64,000 nt of DNA from the human T2T-CHM13v2.0 reference genome, Homo sapiens (GCF_009914755.1 NC_060929.1); one strand, 5' to 3'. Counted from the first letter of the stretch, positions 14,201 to 29,360 are shown. Numbers and translations: made by a program. The notes: generated by a model not told the origin, from the sequence alone.

Positions 14201-17200
14201 CCCTGCTTCATACCACTGGTTATGAAACAAGGCATCTATGTCAGTCCTTTAGCCTCCCGGGCTCTAGCTTTTGGATTTTGTATCTTTTTAAGGAGGTTGA
14301 AGAAAGCCAGTTGTTAGATCTGCTGTGACTATTTAAAGAAATGTGCTCTTAACCTATCACAGCATTAAACTTGAGATAGGGTCTGCCATATCAGTAAGAT
14401 GTGAACTCCTCTATCTCAGGATCTCGCTATATTTAACCACTTAGACAGAAAGACAATTTTCATATTTACATAGGATATAGATAGTAATCATCCAATAAGC
14501 CTTGGTTCTAATTTTAAATGCACGTCTCTAGGCGTCTCAATAACTGGACAACATTGCAGTGCTTGCAATCTTAAATTAAGAGCTCAGTCTCTCATTCTAT
14601 GTGGGAAAATGCATGGCATTTCTGGGTTTGCTCATTTCATTCTCACAAGCAAGTTAATTGCTTGAGTATATGTGTGGATACATTTTTCACCTAATGCTGG
14701 CCTACACAAAACTACTCAAGGAGCAGCTGAAAACATTTTTCTTTTTGAATTTGTGAAACAAAAACCAACAAGAGTTTAACATGGTAGATTACAAATATAG
14801 GGCCTTGAAAGAAACAATAGGTACTCCAGCCCTTGGATAGTTCTAATCTTATTGGAAGGGAGCCCCCACATTTTCCCACTCATTTGTAGAGAAACTGAGC
14901 CAAAATCAGCTGATTGCCTCAATTTCTCTACAAAGAAGTGGGAAATGTGTGATTTGCCTCAGTTCCTCTATAAAGGAGGGGCAAAGGGGTGGGAAAGCTC
15001 TGCTTTTCTCCATTCTTTGGGGCCCACGTTGGCTCTGGGTGTAGCCCCCTATATTATCAGCTCAGAGAACTATGGGCAGTAGCAATAGCCATGAACCCTT
15101 TTTCGAGTGGTAACCCCATGTGGGGCATTGCACTAAACACTTCGCCGGTATTATCTCATTTAATCATCACGGCATCTCAGTGAGGTGGATGCTATTCATT
15201 TTACAGATGGTAAAACTGAGACAGCACTCAGGAAACTAAAACAATAACACAGTCGAGGTCTCTAAAACGCCCACTTTCCATTCTCTGAAGCATTCCCCGT
15301 TTCTGGCCATGAAAGAATAACCCCACACCTCTTGGTGTGGGATCCCAGGACACATAGGAAGAACCAGAGAAAAATGCAGGGCCTGGGTCAGGTCCTGATA
15401 CTGCGGGCCCCTTGAGTGGCCCCCCGAAGGCAGGACCACATATTCATTTATCCAGTACTGTTAGGGGCAGGCTTGTAGTGCAATTTTTTGTTGTTGATGT
15501 TGTTGAGGGTCACGTAGGCCTTCCCGAGTGAAACGAAAGAATTAGTCCCTTTGGTCTGTCCCTTCCTTCCCTTGCTTATTCAGCACCTTCTTCCTGATAG
15601 CAGGGAGCAGCTGGAGTTGGTGAACTGGAACCCAAGCAGATCAATATCATGTGCACAAGAGGACGTCGTTAGCAGAGCACTAATGCTCATCATGGATACA
15701 TCCAGTGTGTCAATCATTGTACAGAGGTTAAATAGACTCTGTCTAATGCCAGGAGATTCATCTTACTGGAACATGGGACATTTTTCTGCCTCGCTCACTC
15801 AATACAAATTTAGAGAAGGTAAACTACATGTTATTTTTAAATATTTGGAATAAGGGTTTGTAAGCAGTGCTTGCATAAATAATAAAAACATCATCTATCT
15901 ATATATAATATATATAACATATATTCAAAACTGTAGACAAATGTCTTCCAATCACACTGTGTGCAAAACCTTTTTAAAAACTTGAATACAGTTTCCCTGT
16001 GCTAGGGACACATCCTGTAAGGTACCCAAGTGCCAAATTCTTTTGCAAAATGACACCTATGCCGGTAGTTTTCACTTAAATATTTTGCAAAATTAGTGTT
16101 CATGTTTTTGTTTTTATTTTTTGGTCGTCTTTTTTTAAATGAAGGCACAAGACTATTGCAATTAATAATGACTAACAACCTAAGTAAATCTGATTTCCCT
16201 TCCTGACGCTGCCGTCACCTGCCCATGCAGGAGTGGCCTTCTGTGGTGGTGAGCAGAGGTGGAGGTCTGTGCCACGTATGCCATCTTCCCTTCACACGGT
16301 GCCTCCTTTCTTTCCATTGTGTTGGGAGGCCTGGTTCTTTGCTCAAGCTTAAAATTATCTGTGGCCCTTTAAGGGATGTGGAAATAAACACAAGAAGACA
16401 TGAAGTAACTGATACTTTTTTTTTAACTGATAGAAAATTTCTAAGAATACCTCTTCTTAAAATTAGAGTATTTCACCAAATTTGGTTAACCAAAGCCAAT
16501 TCATGCAAAAATAATAGCTATATTATAGGCCATGGATTTTGTCTTAAAGGATATTACTTTCTCATAAAAACTCCTACACAAATGCGAATGCAGAGAGATA
16601 CATTTTGTCAGATGTCTAGCCACACAGATAAAATTTCTCTGCTTGTCATTTTTTGCACCTATGATCCTAAAAAGAAAAGAGAAATTATGAACTCCTGGTG
16701 CCAAAGGCATCCCTAGGCCCTAGGACACAGTGACACAAAGAAATGAAAATCCTTTCAAAGTCAGCAAATAATGATTGATCCCCAACTGCTTGGAGAGATA
16801 GAACTATCTAGCTACCCCAGGACTCGACACCTTTCACTCAAAGCCCCCAATAAGCTAGAAAGCTGGGGTCAGAGGGTTTGTGCAAGGCACTGGTCCTTAA
16901 AAAGAGTCCACAGATCTCAACTCCTTGCTGAGCTATTCAGCAGAAAGGGCTGCGTAAAGCTGGAATGCTGAAGCATCCCTATGTCATGCTGGTGTAAGTG
17001 GGTAGCACTAATGCTGGTGTGAGCTATTTATTTATGCCGCTGCTATCTTCCTGGGGCATGCTGGACCAGAGGTGGACTAGGATTTGTTTATCTTGTTATA
17101 TTGGTCTTCTGCTGGATTAATTTAAAACTTCTTTTAAAATAAACTACAAGGCCCTTTAGACACCTTTAAACTGTGGCTGCATATATAAATATTTAAGAGA

Positions 17201-17285
17201 AGTAACAACAGAAACCATAATATGCTTCTAAAGTCTTTCACAAATACATGTGAAAGTGCTTGGTACACATTGACAAGCTTGTTCA

Positions 17286-17393
17286 AATAAGATATTCTCT
17301 ATATCACTGCTATTTACAAACAAAAAAGATATTATCCATATCACTGAGATTTACAAACAAACAAGATATTATTCTCTGTATCACTACTATTTA
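17286..17393. repeat. Diverged tandem repeat, about 37-bp unit x ~3
   Basis: Unit approx. AAGATATT(ATT)CTCTATATCACTGCTATTTACAAACAAA seen three times. Confidence 0.85.
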
Positions 17394-17413
17394 TTTTTTT
17401 AAAAAAGGACTTT

Positions 17414-17728
17414 AGCCAGGCACGGTTGCTCATGCATGCAATCCTAGCACTTTGGGAGGCCGAGGCGGGTGGATCACCTGAGGTCGGGAGTTCAAGACAG
17501 CCCGACCAACATGGAGAAATCCTATGTTCCCCCTATCCCCCATAAAAAATGCAAAATTAGCCGGGCATGGTGGCGCATGCCTATAATCCCAGCTACTCAG
17601 GAGGCTGAGGCAGGAGAATCGCTTGAACCTGTGAGGCGGAGGTTGTGTTGAGCTGAGACGCACCATTACACTCCAGCCTGGGCAACAAGAGTGAAACTCC
17701 GACTCAAAACAAACAAACAAACAAAAAA
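17414..17728 (+). mobile_element. Alu (AluS-like)
   Basis: agccaggcacggttgctcatgc...(CAAA)n tail; altered middle linker. Confidence 0.93.
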
Positions 17729-19039
17729 GAGCTGTTGCATAGAGGTAATGATTAGGCTTAATTGTGTTAGAGAGCTTGGGTTTGGAAGGAATTCTGGAAC
17801 ACATAGACTAGTTCTATCCAACAGAAAGGCAAAGAAAGACCTCCATCTGTATGGTTCTGACCTCATCTGAATTGTTCTGGGTAAATCAGACAATCTAGGT
17901 AACAAACATCACCAGCACGTTAACCCTGTTTGAGCTGGTTTGCCTGTCTTTGTAGTCCAGGCAGTGCATCGTCCTCTGATATTTACCCCAACACTGTTTC
18001 TCTGTGTTCTGTGGGTCTGGGCTTGGTGTTCTCAGCAGGACATCAATCACATCAGCAATAAGAGAGGTGTTGTGCCCAAAACACAAAGGAGTTGTGGAAG
18101 GGCTCGTGATCTAAAAATTACTGCTGCTGCATTGTTTACAGGGCCTTTAAAAAGTCCAACAGAACCTTCTCCCCTTCTGGCCCAGGGCTTTGTTTGCACA
18201 CAGACAAGGACAAGAAGCCAATTCTCTGCCAGGTCATTGCATTCAGACTTTCATCTTTCAGGGGATGCTAGAAACTCTTATCAGGGGAATAATCTTGTAG
18301 CCCATTAAACTGAGAGCAGCAGTTTTTTGCCTTGAAGTGCCTTTTAAGAAATTCTTTGACTGAAATCCATCCATATTCTCATTACGAATATTATATAGTC
18401 CCCAAAATATTTTCTAGGAACAGCTCTCCCCATTAGTGTTATGAAAGACCACAGCAGAGGGTCCCTGCCTCAGACAAGTGAAGGCCAAGGTGCCTGAAGG
18501 AAGGAAAGTGAGTCATAAAAGAAGTAAGTCATAAAATCACATAAAAATGTGATGTGTTGTTTGGGTTTATGTGTTTTCCTATAGTTGTGTTTTTTTATTC
18601 AGATGATTTATTCATATTATTTTCATTGAACATAACAGATTCTTTAGCCCATCTTCACCTACCTGTGACCTTGGGTTTTATGGTATGATAACAGTGTCGA
18701 TTACAGTCACATTGGATACAAATCAACCCTGGAATAACCTAGTTGACAGTGTGTGGCAGACAGTTGTGGATAAACAGGGGAGACTGTCATTATTAGAGGC
18801 AGAGGGGTCGGGGCTCACATGGGAGTTACGGGCTGCATGGTGGGGACACCATGAACCCCAAGAACTAGTGAAAAGGGATGTGAGCAGCACAGTCATCCTC
18901 TTGCTGACTTTTCCATTTGGTTTCCAGGCCTGCACTTGAAAAAACAAAACATAATCATGTCTCTGAATATAACTTGGGCTTCTCCCAGCACACGGCTACT
19001 GGAAACATTACACTTTGCTTCTTCCCAGACTTCTGCATA

Positions 19040-19278
<239 letters not shown>

Positions 19279-20111
19279 TGATTATCTTAGTTAATCCTCC
19301 CATCAGCCCTGTGAGGTGGGCTAATATTATCTGTCTTTTACAAATGAGGAACCAAATACAGAGATTGGAGGGATTGATCTGGTAGGTGGCTGGGATACAA
19401 ATGGAAGTTTAATGCTTACATTAAGCAGGACACGGGAGCGTTTCTTTCTTCTTCAATTTGTTTTCACCTCCAAGGCCTTGCCTTGGTCTTCAGCCCCCTG
19501 AGCTTCACCTTTCTAGCACTGGTTCTTAACTTCTTACTGAAAGAAATGACAAGCCACTGATCTCTATGAACATCAGCTTTGTGTCGACGTCTGGGGGTGA
19601 GATGCCCTAGTCAGCAGCTCATGCTGGGGTGATGGGAAGAGTGAGCAGAAAGTTTTTTTGTGTATTGCCCACCAGTGGCATCATATTTAAGCTCTTGAAC
19701 AGTGCTGAGATGCATCAAAATAGGGGACATTTAGAAGAGCCTGGGGCCTTAGGGGGCCTCTTTAAAGAACAACCACCTCGGAGGAGTTTTCAGTTATCAG
19801 CCAAAGAATCCATTTCCTCCCACAAGCATAGAGCTTTGAGGGCATATTTTATGCTGTGGCTTCTGAGAGCCTATTTTTATCACTGTCCAGTTATTGATGA
19901 ACTGAAATGTCTTTTATTTTCCATTGACACTGTCATCTTTTGCTATTTATTTTAGGTAAATATAATGTTGTGAGGGCAAAACTTCACCTCTATTTCCACA
20001 AAACAGAAGAGGAGCAATTTATGAAGCTATTTGATTCATTCTCAAGGAGATTCTTTCTTAGTTAATAAAGATGGTTGCAGTCCTGTTTTGAGTTTCTGGG
20101 TGGGACTTTTC

Positions 20112-20407
<296 letters not shown>

Positions 20408-21330
20408 CTGGGTGGGACTTTTCAATATGAAAGATCTTAGATTTTTAAAGTTTGTCATTTGCCTCTGCTGCTGTGTGGAGATTTCCATTTTGGAAACATT
20501 TTGCTCAGCGTCAGGACTATGTGAGCTGCTGCAGTTATGTGACCTCCTTCCCTGTCCCTTCCAGAGGGCAAGGATTTCTGCTGGGAAGGGCTGAACAGAC
20601 ACAGCCACGAGCTCTTGCACTGTCATTCCTCAGTCCCTGCAGGAGGATGTCCTAGAGCAACTTACAGAGCTGAGCGCTGCTCTGCCCCCTGCAGTCCCCG
20701 GGGACACGGGGGTGGGGGGAGCCCAGGGCTGTCTCCAGCAAGCTGTCCATCATTGTGGCGATTCAGAAAGCTGACCTGAGATCCAGCTGGACTTCCTGTG
20801 CCAGTACCTTCCCAGCAGCTTCCTGAGAAATCGGCAGGCACCACCTTCCCTTCCCCTGGGAAAACTAAAGGAGTGATCCAGAAAGATCAAGACACTATGT
20901 CCCCTAATTCCCTCCCTGTTAATTTTCCTGTGAGAGAGAAACTTCTCAAAGACAGTGTTTGCCAAGGAAAATCAAGAGGGAACCTTGCCCCATGGGCTAT
21001 TTTTCTAAGGGAAAGCTTAGAGAGTATGTGAAACCACCTGACTTTTAAGCCTAGAAATCAAATTTGAAATGTAGTATAAGAAATGTAGGATTTCCTTAGG
21101 TGAGGAATTATGATTTTATTTTAAACAACTTTTGAATAAGTAATGCAGTCACATGGGTCAAAATTTAAACAGATAGACAATAAATGGTCTTTCATGCCAC
21201 CCTATGCTGTAGCCACTCAGTTTCAACCTTCTTGTGTATCCATTCAGAGATCTTTCATGCATTCACAGCACATGTATATCTACTCGCCACTTTTCCCACG
21301 AATGGTAGCACATTACGTTTAGCACCTTGC

Positions 21331-21595
21331 TTTTTTTCTTTTTTTTGAGATGGAGTCTCACTCTGTCACCCAGGTTGGAGTACAGTAGTGTAATCTTGGC
21401 TCACTGCAACCTCCGCCTCCCAGGTTCAACTGATTCCTGTGCCTCAGCCTCCTGAGTAGCTGGGATTACAGTATTTTTAGTAGAGACTGGGTGTCACCAT
21501 GTTGGCCAGGCTGGTCTCACACTCCTGACCTCAGGTCCTCCTGCCTCGGCTTCCCAAAGTGCTGGGATTACAGGCGTGAGCCACTGTGCCTGGCC
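21331..21595 (-). mobile_element. Alu (AluS-like) with about 30-bp internal deletion
   Basis: TSD GCACCTTGCTTTTT on both sides; junction gggattaca|gtatttttag lacks the usual intervening segment. Confidence 0.93.
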
Positions 21596-21832
21596 GCACC
21601 TTGCTTTTTTTCATTTTACAGTATATTTTACAGGTCTTTTGATATCTGTCCATAAAGAACCTTCTCTTCTCTATGGCCACGTAGTATTCTGCCATGCGAA
21701 TGTACTATTAGTTCTCTATACTGTCCCCTATGGTTGGGCAATTATTTTCTATGGTTTAGCTATTCAAATCTGGACTAGTCACTGAGAACAGTTGGGAATC
21801 TGTCTACTTGGAGATATTTAAAAATGAAAGTT

Positions 21833-22048
21833 ATCACATGGACACATAGAGGGGAACAACACATACTGGGGCCTATCAGAGGGTAGAAGGTGGGAGGAGG
21901 GAGATGATCAGGAAAAATAACTAATGGGTACGAGGCTTAATACCTGGGTGATGAAGTAATCTGTACAACAAACCCCCATGACACACGTTTACCTATATAG
22001 CAAACCTGCACATGTAAGCCTGAACTTAAAATAGAAGTTAAAAAAAAA
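21833..22048 (+). mobile_element. L1PA-type 3' end (5'-truncated)
   Basis: catggacacatagaggggaacaacacatactggggcc...gcttaatacctgggtgatg...aacctgcacatg...gaacttaaaat and A-tail; AAAAA(T)GAAAGTT flanks. Confidence 0.9.
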
Positions 22049-25000
22049 GAAAGTTTAAATTGTACCTATAGGAGAGTGTCCCTGACAGTCCCTTTTCAAC
22101 AAAGATGGTGTCAGCTGACGACTGCTGAAAACATGGACCCAGAATCCTCCACAGCAGGCCCTAAGGCACTAGGTGGCTGCTAAGAAGGATTCATTCACCT
22201 TTACAGCATTTTAAAAAATGAATGTGAAAACTTTAATATAGTATTTGATAATAACTTAGAAACATATCCACGTGTGCTCAAATGAGGGTTATCCTAACGT
22301 TTGCATTTAAAGCACTATAGTTAACACATTAAACCCCAGAACACATTTGACATCTGTTCCATGCTGCCATTGCGCTTAACCTGGGAACCTTCCCTTCACC
22401 TTATGGTGTGCATTTCTAATGCAGTAGAGAAGGATTCATTGCCTTCTAATTCAGAGCTTTAAAGAGTCAAACTGAAGCTATAGTGATTAGCCTTCAACAA
22501 CATTTGAGCTACATTTAATTATAGTCTTCAAATCAATTTCCCCATTTTGGAGCTACATTATTTATATCACTGACATAATAACATCTATTTTTGATAGATC
22601 TCAGAACCTTGCCCCATCAGCCATATTGCTAGAACAAAGGTTCTTGGAACATGTGCTGTAGGGGGAAGTGGAGGCAGGTGGAACAGCACATCCTTCTGAA
22701 ATCCAGTTTGGAGAGCTGGACTTGAAATAAATGGCTCAAGAAGAACAGCTGGTTCAAGTTCTCAGTTAGATCACAGAGCACAGTGCTTTTTCTGGGGCTC
22801 ACTCTTAGAAGCCTGTGAAGTAACCGAATTGTGCACAGGCCACTAGGAGATGCCAGCCGAGAGGTCACTTTGCCTGTGTGCTGTGATTTCCTTTATGGAT
22901 GAGAACTGAGGCCAGGTGCCTCAGCTTCCTCTCATTGAAGTCCCAGTGCCAGGCATGTTTTTATAAGACATGGGTAAAACAAGCAAAGAGCTTCTTTTTC
23001 CCATATGCCTTGGTTCTGTCTCTAAGGCCCATTAGTCCCACCAGCCACCTCACCCACATGGTTATGCTTTCACCCAAGTGCCTTTGGCCATGCTGGCTCA
23101 TGGCTCTAACCATCACCTGGTGAGGAGGATGAACCCTAAATCTCAGGTTATAAGGAGGGCAGCTGGCCTTCAGGTCTTTGTCCACAAAACCCAGGGCTAG
23201 ATATACATGGACAATACCCTCTACAGAGGCTGCATCCCCTGAGTTCTAATCTTCATTAGAGAGTCTTAGAATTAGAATCTTAGAATTACCTTCACCAACA
23301 AGATCTGGAGACAAGTCATGTCAAGCACTGCTCTTTCTCACCCTCCCACACCTCCACTCTCAGAGCCTGGTCCTCTGAGATGCCTAACTTCCTTTAGAGT
23401 ATTCCACCTGTCCCACCACACCCTGGGCACTACAGGGCTAGCAACCAGGCATGATGAGGAGACAGTTAACAGGAACATTTCCCTGAGTTCATTACTCTTG
23501 TTCTGCTGTGGTCACTGTGACCCTCGAAGAAGACCACAGGAGAAAAGACTACACTGTGAGTGGGTGGCTGTGGTCTTGGTGGGTGTGACTATGAGTGAAG
23601 AAAAGAGGTAGAGCCAAGGGTTAAGGAGCTGACTTGGGGACTACAACATATCCCTACAGAAATTTCATCAATTTAGTCATTCACTCATTAATTTCACAAA
23701 TATATATCACGTCTTTACTATGTGCCAAGAACTGTTTTATATGCTGTGGATATAGTCGGGGATGAACAAAATAGGTAATAACATTGCCTTTAGGTCACAA
23801 TATGGTGAAATCATTTCCTGGTCATTTTTAGTTGTTTTAATTTTTCTAAAAATAGACACAGAAACATACATACCAAAATGCAGAGTAGCCATCTTTTTAC
23901 TTTCTAATAAAAGTATATTGCAAGAAGGTGTATGCCTCAAAAACGTTAGCATGGGCTAAAAACCCCATGCTTGTAATTTCAGTTCAGTACCCCATTACAA
24001 TAAGACTAGCCTCCCATAGAAAATGAGAGAAGATACAGCACTGCTCCAAAAAATGGAGGATCTTCTGGAAAATTGTTAATACATGCCAATACTTAGAACA
24101 GTAACAGACTCATGGCAAGCACTCTAGACGTGTCAGCTATCGGCATCATCATTGCCTTCATCATTATATTAGGCAAAAAGAGAAGCATATGCAAAGGTCT
24201 GAAGGTGAGAGAGAACATGGCATGTTCAAGGAGCTTAAAGGAACTTGTGATTGGTGAAAGATGGTGAGATATTGATATTGAGACCGGGAGGGGACAGACC
24301 ATGGGGAACCTTGTAAGTCATGTCAAAGAATTTGGACTTTGGCCCCAGGGAGCTACTGATATGTTCTCACTGTCCTCTCCATACTCTGTAAGTTAGGGTC
24401 TCATATCCATTCCTCTTGACTTCTCAAATGGAATATTATTTGGCCTCTCTGCTTCTCCTTTTCCTCTTCTTCCATAGCCTGGTTGTAGCTGTCATAGCTT
24501 CCTATCATTCGTAAGATAGGGCTCCCATTAGCTCTCTTACTCTAAAACCTTTAGTGGCTACCCATTGTCCACAGAATCCAGCCAGTTGTCTGAATCTGTC
24601 ATGTAAGCAGTGCTATGCTTTACTCTCCCTGGCATGCCCCCTACATCTAGTCACATAGAGCTACTTGTTTCCAAATGCCTCCATGCTTTCAACACCCTCC
24701 CTAAATGCCCCATCTCAATCCTGAAATCTGGCTGATCACTGAGCCCAAGGAAATGGTCATCCAGGATATTATTATAGAATCAAAACAAATCCAGTCTTTA
24801 TAGCAGTAGGTTGGAGATAAAGTGGGTGAAAAGAGGGACTACACGGCAGGAAGCAAATCAAATTATCCTCCCTCCCTCCCTCCCTTCCTTCCTTTCTTCG
24901 TCTCTTCTGACAAACATCTCTGTCGGGTGGTTAAAAATACTTGGCCCAATGCCTTGCAGCTCACCTAGATGCTCTGGTATTGCCATGTTTCCCTGCTTAA

Positions 25001-26459
25001 TTACTGTTATCAACTTTCTAGATTTTTGTAAACTCAACACAGTGAATAATGAGGTAAATAAAACTGATGAACTCCTTTGCTATGTACACAGACTATTTCT
25101 ATAAAAATGTCACACGTATTATTAGCTTGGATTTAATCTTCTTCTCTTGCATCTTACAAATTTTTCCTAATGAACCTATTGGCTTTCCAGTGAGGGCATT
25201 ATTTACTCAGTGTTAGATTTTTAATTCCTCTGGATTGATTACAGTCTGTGTATTTATTGCTTCTAACATTTCTGCACTGAATAATTTCCCCCAGTGAATA
25301 TGCATCTGAAATTCAACAAATCAGACAGGCCTGAAGCCTGGGGCACAGCATTAACTAGTTCTGGCCAACCCTGGACCTTGGATCAGCTACTTACCCTCTC
25401 TAGTCAGTTTCTTTACTTCAACCAGAAAAAGCTTTCCACCCGCTCTTAGTTCACAGGGTTGCCAGAAGACTAAATAACGCAAAATATTCCCGTAAAGGAT
25501 TTTTTAAAATAAAAGGACCAGTCTTTAAAATTGCACAATTCAACACAATTGTTGAATTGTTATTCAACAATTATTGGGAGCCTCCTATGAATCAGCTGGA
25601 CTCAAGCACCAGGGTGACAAAATGAATCAGCCAGATATTGTTGTTAGACCCCCTACCCCTCACCCAGCCTTCGGAAGCTTATACACTAGTGGGACAGACA
25701 GGCATCTAAACAACTTTCTATCTTGTTTTCAAGCACATAGAAAAATTAGCAATAGGTGAGTTTATTTTAGACAGAAAAAAATAGGCTCAATCAGATGACA
25801 GTTTTAAAAATAAAGTTCTTTGTAGAATGCAGAAAACCTCTAAAGCAAAAGATACTTTGTGCCTTTCTTTGGAGTGCAAACTGTCCCTGAAAAATAACAA
25901 ATCCTTTGGACTGAATTCCTGAATTATTGAAAAGCATGCCAAAAAAGTAAAAAACAAACACTGAAGGTCAAAAATGGGGATGTAGAAAAAGGAAGCATGG
26001 CTAAGTCAGGGTTCTTTCAGGGAGAAAATCGTTGATGACAATAGGCACTAGGCTTAGTGAAAGATCTAAATACAGAACCCATTAGAAATCTAAGATAGCT
26101 CAAAATTTATCATATAGGTCAGGCTTTACCAAACTATGACCAATGCAGAAGCCTGGAAATGTGTACTGCAAATGCATACTTGGAAAAGAAATTATTCTTT
26201 GCTTACTCTTTCTGCAGCTGGCTAGGACAAGCAATCTAGAAATAACTTCCAAGTACGGGCGGAATGACAGGGAAGCTCTAGAGCTACACTCACACTTTCG
26301 CGATGTCCCCATCATCAAGGCATAATGGAGACTTAGACACATGAGGCACTGGATCCAGTCCAGGAAAGAATGAGGTTAAGGGAAATAAGCCCCAAAGCCC
26401 AAGGCTTGCAGGAGGTACTGGCTTATAACAGGAGGGACCCTTTTTGCATCTCCTCTAAC

Positions 26460-26690
26460 AATAGTTAGCATCTACTGAGCACCTACTATGTGCCTCACAC
26501 TGTGCTAAGCACTTTAGTTGTTTTTAAATGTCCTTCAATACTTATTTGAAATAAGGACTGTTCTCACTGCATTTTAGAGATAAAATTAAGGCAGAGAGAG
26601 ATTAAGCAACTTGCCCATAATCAATTCAGCTATTGAGTCCAAGACCCGGAATGAACCCAGTGCCTCTGTTTGTAACCTCTGAGCTGTAAG
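26460..26690 (-). mobile_element. MIR
   Basis: tactgagcacctactatgtgcc...tgctaagcacttt...gcagagagagattaagcaacttgccc. Confidence 0.7.
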
Positions 26691-27794
26691 GGGTGGTTCC
26701 TCCCTTCCAAAGACTACGTTGTCCAGCCTGAGATGAAAGAAACACTTCTTGCAACATTTTCCCTGGGGCTCACTCTACCATGATGAACTTTTCTGTGATT
26801 AGGTTGCCAGGGTGTTTGAAAGAGTATATGAAAGAAAATTAATGAATTCTCTCTCCCAGAGTTAGAGATGGGTAAGGGTGAGGTCAGGGTAAGTTTTAAT
26901 AGGAGCCAAATAAAATAAAGATAAAAACATGAGCAGTGGCAGAAGCCCTCAGAAAAGGAACAACCAGGAATCAGCAATGTGGCCCAAATAGCAGCAAGGC
27001 CAGTCAGCTGGACTCCCGGTGTACTAGGGTGAAAGGGAGATTCAGACAGGGGGATGACATGAACTAGGTTCAGAATCACAAAACTGCAGGGGCATGTTGA
27101 GAAAAGGGGTCATTCCAGAAAATGTGCTCAGTGGTGGAGGCTAGGAAGAAAGATGTAAGCAGAAGGACTTCAGGGACTCCCCCTGGACACAGGAGGCACT
27201 AGAAAGAGAAAGAGCCTGGCCTAACCAGTGCCCGAGAGAGATGCATCAGCTAGGACTGAGGAACGCAGCCCAGGCTTCCTGGGGTACTGCTATCTGACAG
27301 CCTCCCTATGAGGCTGGCCCCTCTGCAGATTCCATCGCCTGACTCAGGGAGAGTGAGGGCCCTGCAGATTGTTCATGTCACTGGGGAAGGGTGGGTTGGG
27401 GGGTGGGTGGCACAGATCATTTGTGTCACTTTGTCACTAGGCAAAAGGGCAGAATCCGCCATCTTCTATCAAGACTCAGAATTCCTGCAGTAGCCAAGAT
27501 GTTCAGATCCAGGCCCACTATACCTTGAGTTACCACCGTGAAGACTATTCCCTAGGAATGGGAGGCCACATTGAATTATACTCCCATATTTAAGAAACTC
27601 CTCTGATACAACAGATACATCCTTCCCCAAAATGGAATTTAACAGTTTGGTGACCCGGCACAACCACTAGTTGTGGCCTGAAAGTAGGCATGAAAACCTT
27701 TGAGAATCCACTTTTCAGCTGATTTTAAATTCCTTGCACAGCCTCCAAAGAGCACCTTGAGCCCTTGGTGAATTCCTTACCCGAAGCTCGCTCA

Positions 27795-27844
27795 CTGATT
27801 GCCTTTGGATGACGTTGTTCTGATTGCCTTTAGATGATGTTGTT
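27795..27844. repeat. 25-bp tandem duplication
   Basis: CTGATTGCCTTTGGATGACGTTGTT / CTGATTGCCTTTAGATGATGTTGTT. Confidence 0.9.
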
Positions 27845-28286
27845 CACCAGCTGTAGCCACACTAGGTGAGGAGAAACTGGATGAATCCTTTGTCAGCCTA
27901 ATTGGCTACACTCAGCTGCCTAAAAATAACAGACATGCCATATCTCCAAAGCTTTGGAAATAGGGTGGCAGGCAAGATTTTTATTTTTTAATTCCATGTT
28001 CCTCCATTTGCAAATGTCTGGAAAAGAACAGAATTCACCAGTATACCCAATAGGCCCGAGTTGGCAGATGCTGCACGTCCCAGTCTACCGAAACCTCGCC
28101 CCTCGGTTTGCCAGGCTCATAGCAGACCTCAAGGCAAGAATCTGGGCTTTCCCAACTCACTCCACCTCCCAGAGAATTCAAGACTTGAGGAAAATGGAAA
28201 TCTGTGATGCTTAACCAGCAAGCAGGGAATCCCTCCACTAGGAAATGTCTAAGGTTCCTTTAATGTGAGTAGAAAAGCAAAGGCTA

Positions 28287-28786
<500 letters not shown>

Positions 28787-29249
28787 TCAGGTAGATGTGA
28801 GAAGTGATGGAATTGCTAATCATGAAAATGTAAATAACTTTAAACAAAAATGTTTGTTGCTGTTTGCTGTCCACACATTTGGAAGTCACAGTCATTATTC
28901 CATAGGCACAATTTTGAGGTCTGATGTCTTTGAAAATATTTTCATAAACAAAATGTTGGTGTTAATTTTTAAAGTGGTATTTTAAAATGAGTTTAAAGCA
29001 GCATTAATCTGCAGCCACAGTACAAAATAATATGACTATGTGTAAATTAACACAGTATAAGCTGAGTTCACAGGTTTCAGGATCAAATTTTTGAAGATGA
29101 AGCAGTGAGCACTGAAATTCTGTTTAAGCAGAATCTTCTGACACTCCCGTGGTAGCTCCTCTTTCCTTCTTCCAATAATTTGAATTTAATTATGACAATT
29201 TGAATATTTTTCAAAATAAGGTCTACCTTCATCTCTGTAACAACAGACA

Positions 29250-29299
29250 TATGGCTTCATTTAACTTAAATTGCTATGGTTTCATTTAACTTAAATTAT
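29250..29299. repeat. 25-bp tandem duplication
   Basis: TATGGCTTCATTTAACTTAAATTGC / TATGGTTTCATTTAACTTAAATTAT. Confidence 0.9.
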
Positions 29300-29360
29300 T
29301 AATTGGTGTATTTGGGGGTATTTTTTTGCAGTCACACACAGAGTAAAACTTCATGTATAC

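Noticed and set aside
16225-16716. 163-aa plus-strand ORF
   Set aside because: No recognisable homology, codon pattern or promoter; consistent with a chance frame
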